A DNA stretch of 64,000 nt from Kudoa neothunni. Taxonomy: Eukaryota; Animalia; Cnidaria. The position numbers were made by a program, and so were the translations under genes. The stretch spans positions 1,777,927-1,841,926 of the forward strand of contig OZ199838.1 of assembly GCA_964304625.1 (NCBI GenBank), given 5' to 3'. The notes below the pieces were generated by a model. That model was not told where the DNA came from and did no database searches. It saw nothing but the letters and a program-made list of their open reading frames with translations. Positions 62,918 through 64,000 of this stretch are shown here, piece after piece. How positions within the stretch are numbered: the stretch's first letter is position 1; each line of letters begins with the position of its first letter.

Positions 62918-64000
62918 CTAAGGAATTTTATTGTACGACTGCATCTGTTTGTTTTTCATAGAAATATAAGAACGACGTTTTACGAATCCAATGATAATGA
63001 TAAGTATAAGTACCCACATCACACCAAATCCAACACTTGCTTTTATCAGCGATGAGATGCATCGATTTTGTTTCGTCTCAATTTCAGAGTAAGTTTTCAT
63101 GTTTGTATTTGATTTGGCCATTATAGACTCAAACAGATTCTTGTTGTATTCTGAGTTTAAGTTAATCTAAACAGAGAGGGTTTATTTTGTATCCATTAAT
63201 TATGAACGACAATGACTACCTCTTTTACGCTTAATTCATTAGAAGGAGTAAACAAATATCCAATTGATTGAATAAAATATCTGAGAATACATCTATTAAA
63301 TTTTGTTGCATACTATAATTTAATTAAAAAGGCTAAAAATCAAATAATGACGGGTTTTAGGTGAAGGGGATTCGTTCCATGTAATATTGCTTCGCTGGTG
63401 TGGATAAAATCGTCAGATTTTAGATGTATCTCGGGTTTTAAGTAATAGCTGTAATAAAATACCTAAAATATTACAAGGAAAAAAAATATAAATTTTATAT
63501 ACTTTTAAAGGACTCAAATGTACATTATTTTTCTTAATGTTTGAAGAATGGGAACCAAGTGGGATACAATAATTTCTCGGTTCCCATTTATTTGGATTAT
63601 TTAAACATTCCTTTTTAACTTCAAATAAAAAATCTTTAAAATTTTAAATTAACGCTAATAATTTTCAGGCGATCAGCTTAAATGACATTTACTAACGTAA
63701 CTTGGACTTCCAGTAGTATTCGTATAAGTTTCACCAACAAGCATTGTTTTTAATAGTGCACAATCATGAGAAGAGTTGGTTAAACATGATTCCTAAATAT
63801 TTGTATTATAGGTGATAAATTATGAATAGAGGGGCTCAAAACAAACATAATTAATAGACTTACAATGTCATAAAAAGAATAAAGTCCCAACTCACGATAA
63901 ACAAAATCTATGTCACCGATTTTTTTATTGAGATTTGGGAAACTTCTATGTCGTCCAGTATCCTCCCCTAGACTGTCGAGAACGTTTCTATCAATATAAA
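62918..64000 (-). CDS. 3' part of an unidentified type I membrane protein; 5' end outside the window
   Basis: Several short exons with GT-AG introns (YIDRNVLDSLGED..FYDI|ESCLTNSSHDC..; IIVSHLVPIL; TSEAILHGTNPL). The last exon has the TM ASVGFGVMWVLILIIIIGFV, stop-transfer KRR and tail ..SYNKIP*. Confidence 0.6.

Overview
Eukaryotic, very AT-rich (roughly 70-75% AT by eye) genomic DNA with GT-AG introns of mostly 39-75 nt and highly divergent animal-type proteins. This pattern suggests a reduced parasitic metazoan such as a myxozoan cnidarian; the taxon is inferred, not shown. Compact gene islands encode an FLVCR-like MFS transporter, NELF-C/D, CHMP6/Vps20, a novel ~860-aa type I membrane protein built of Cys-knotted FN3-like modules, a candidate miniature Qcr8, RAD51C, a divergent synaptotagmin, an MBOAT, an SLC26 transporter, USP4/11/15, a probable aldo-keto reductase pseudogene, Hikeshi, ArfGAP1, a GLUT-like transporter and the 3' part of another membrane protein. 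Between them lie decayed DNA transposons of many superfamilies (Tc1, pogo/Tigger, Tc2, piggyBac, hAT, Merlin, Helitron), some nested. Many genes carry single-base frameshifts in homopolymer runs, most likely long-read assembly errors. The two best leads are (1) the one-domain-per-symmetric-exon surface protein at 9472-12475 and (2) a strongly over-represented (GC)n/GCGCAWGCGC motif found just upstream of several start codons and inside unrelated transposons. All family calls come from manual motif recognition; no searches were run.
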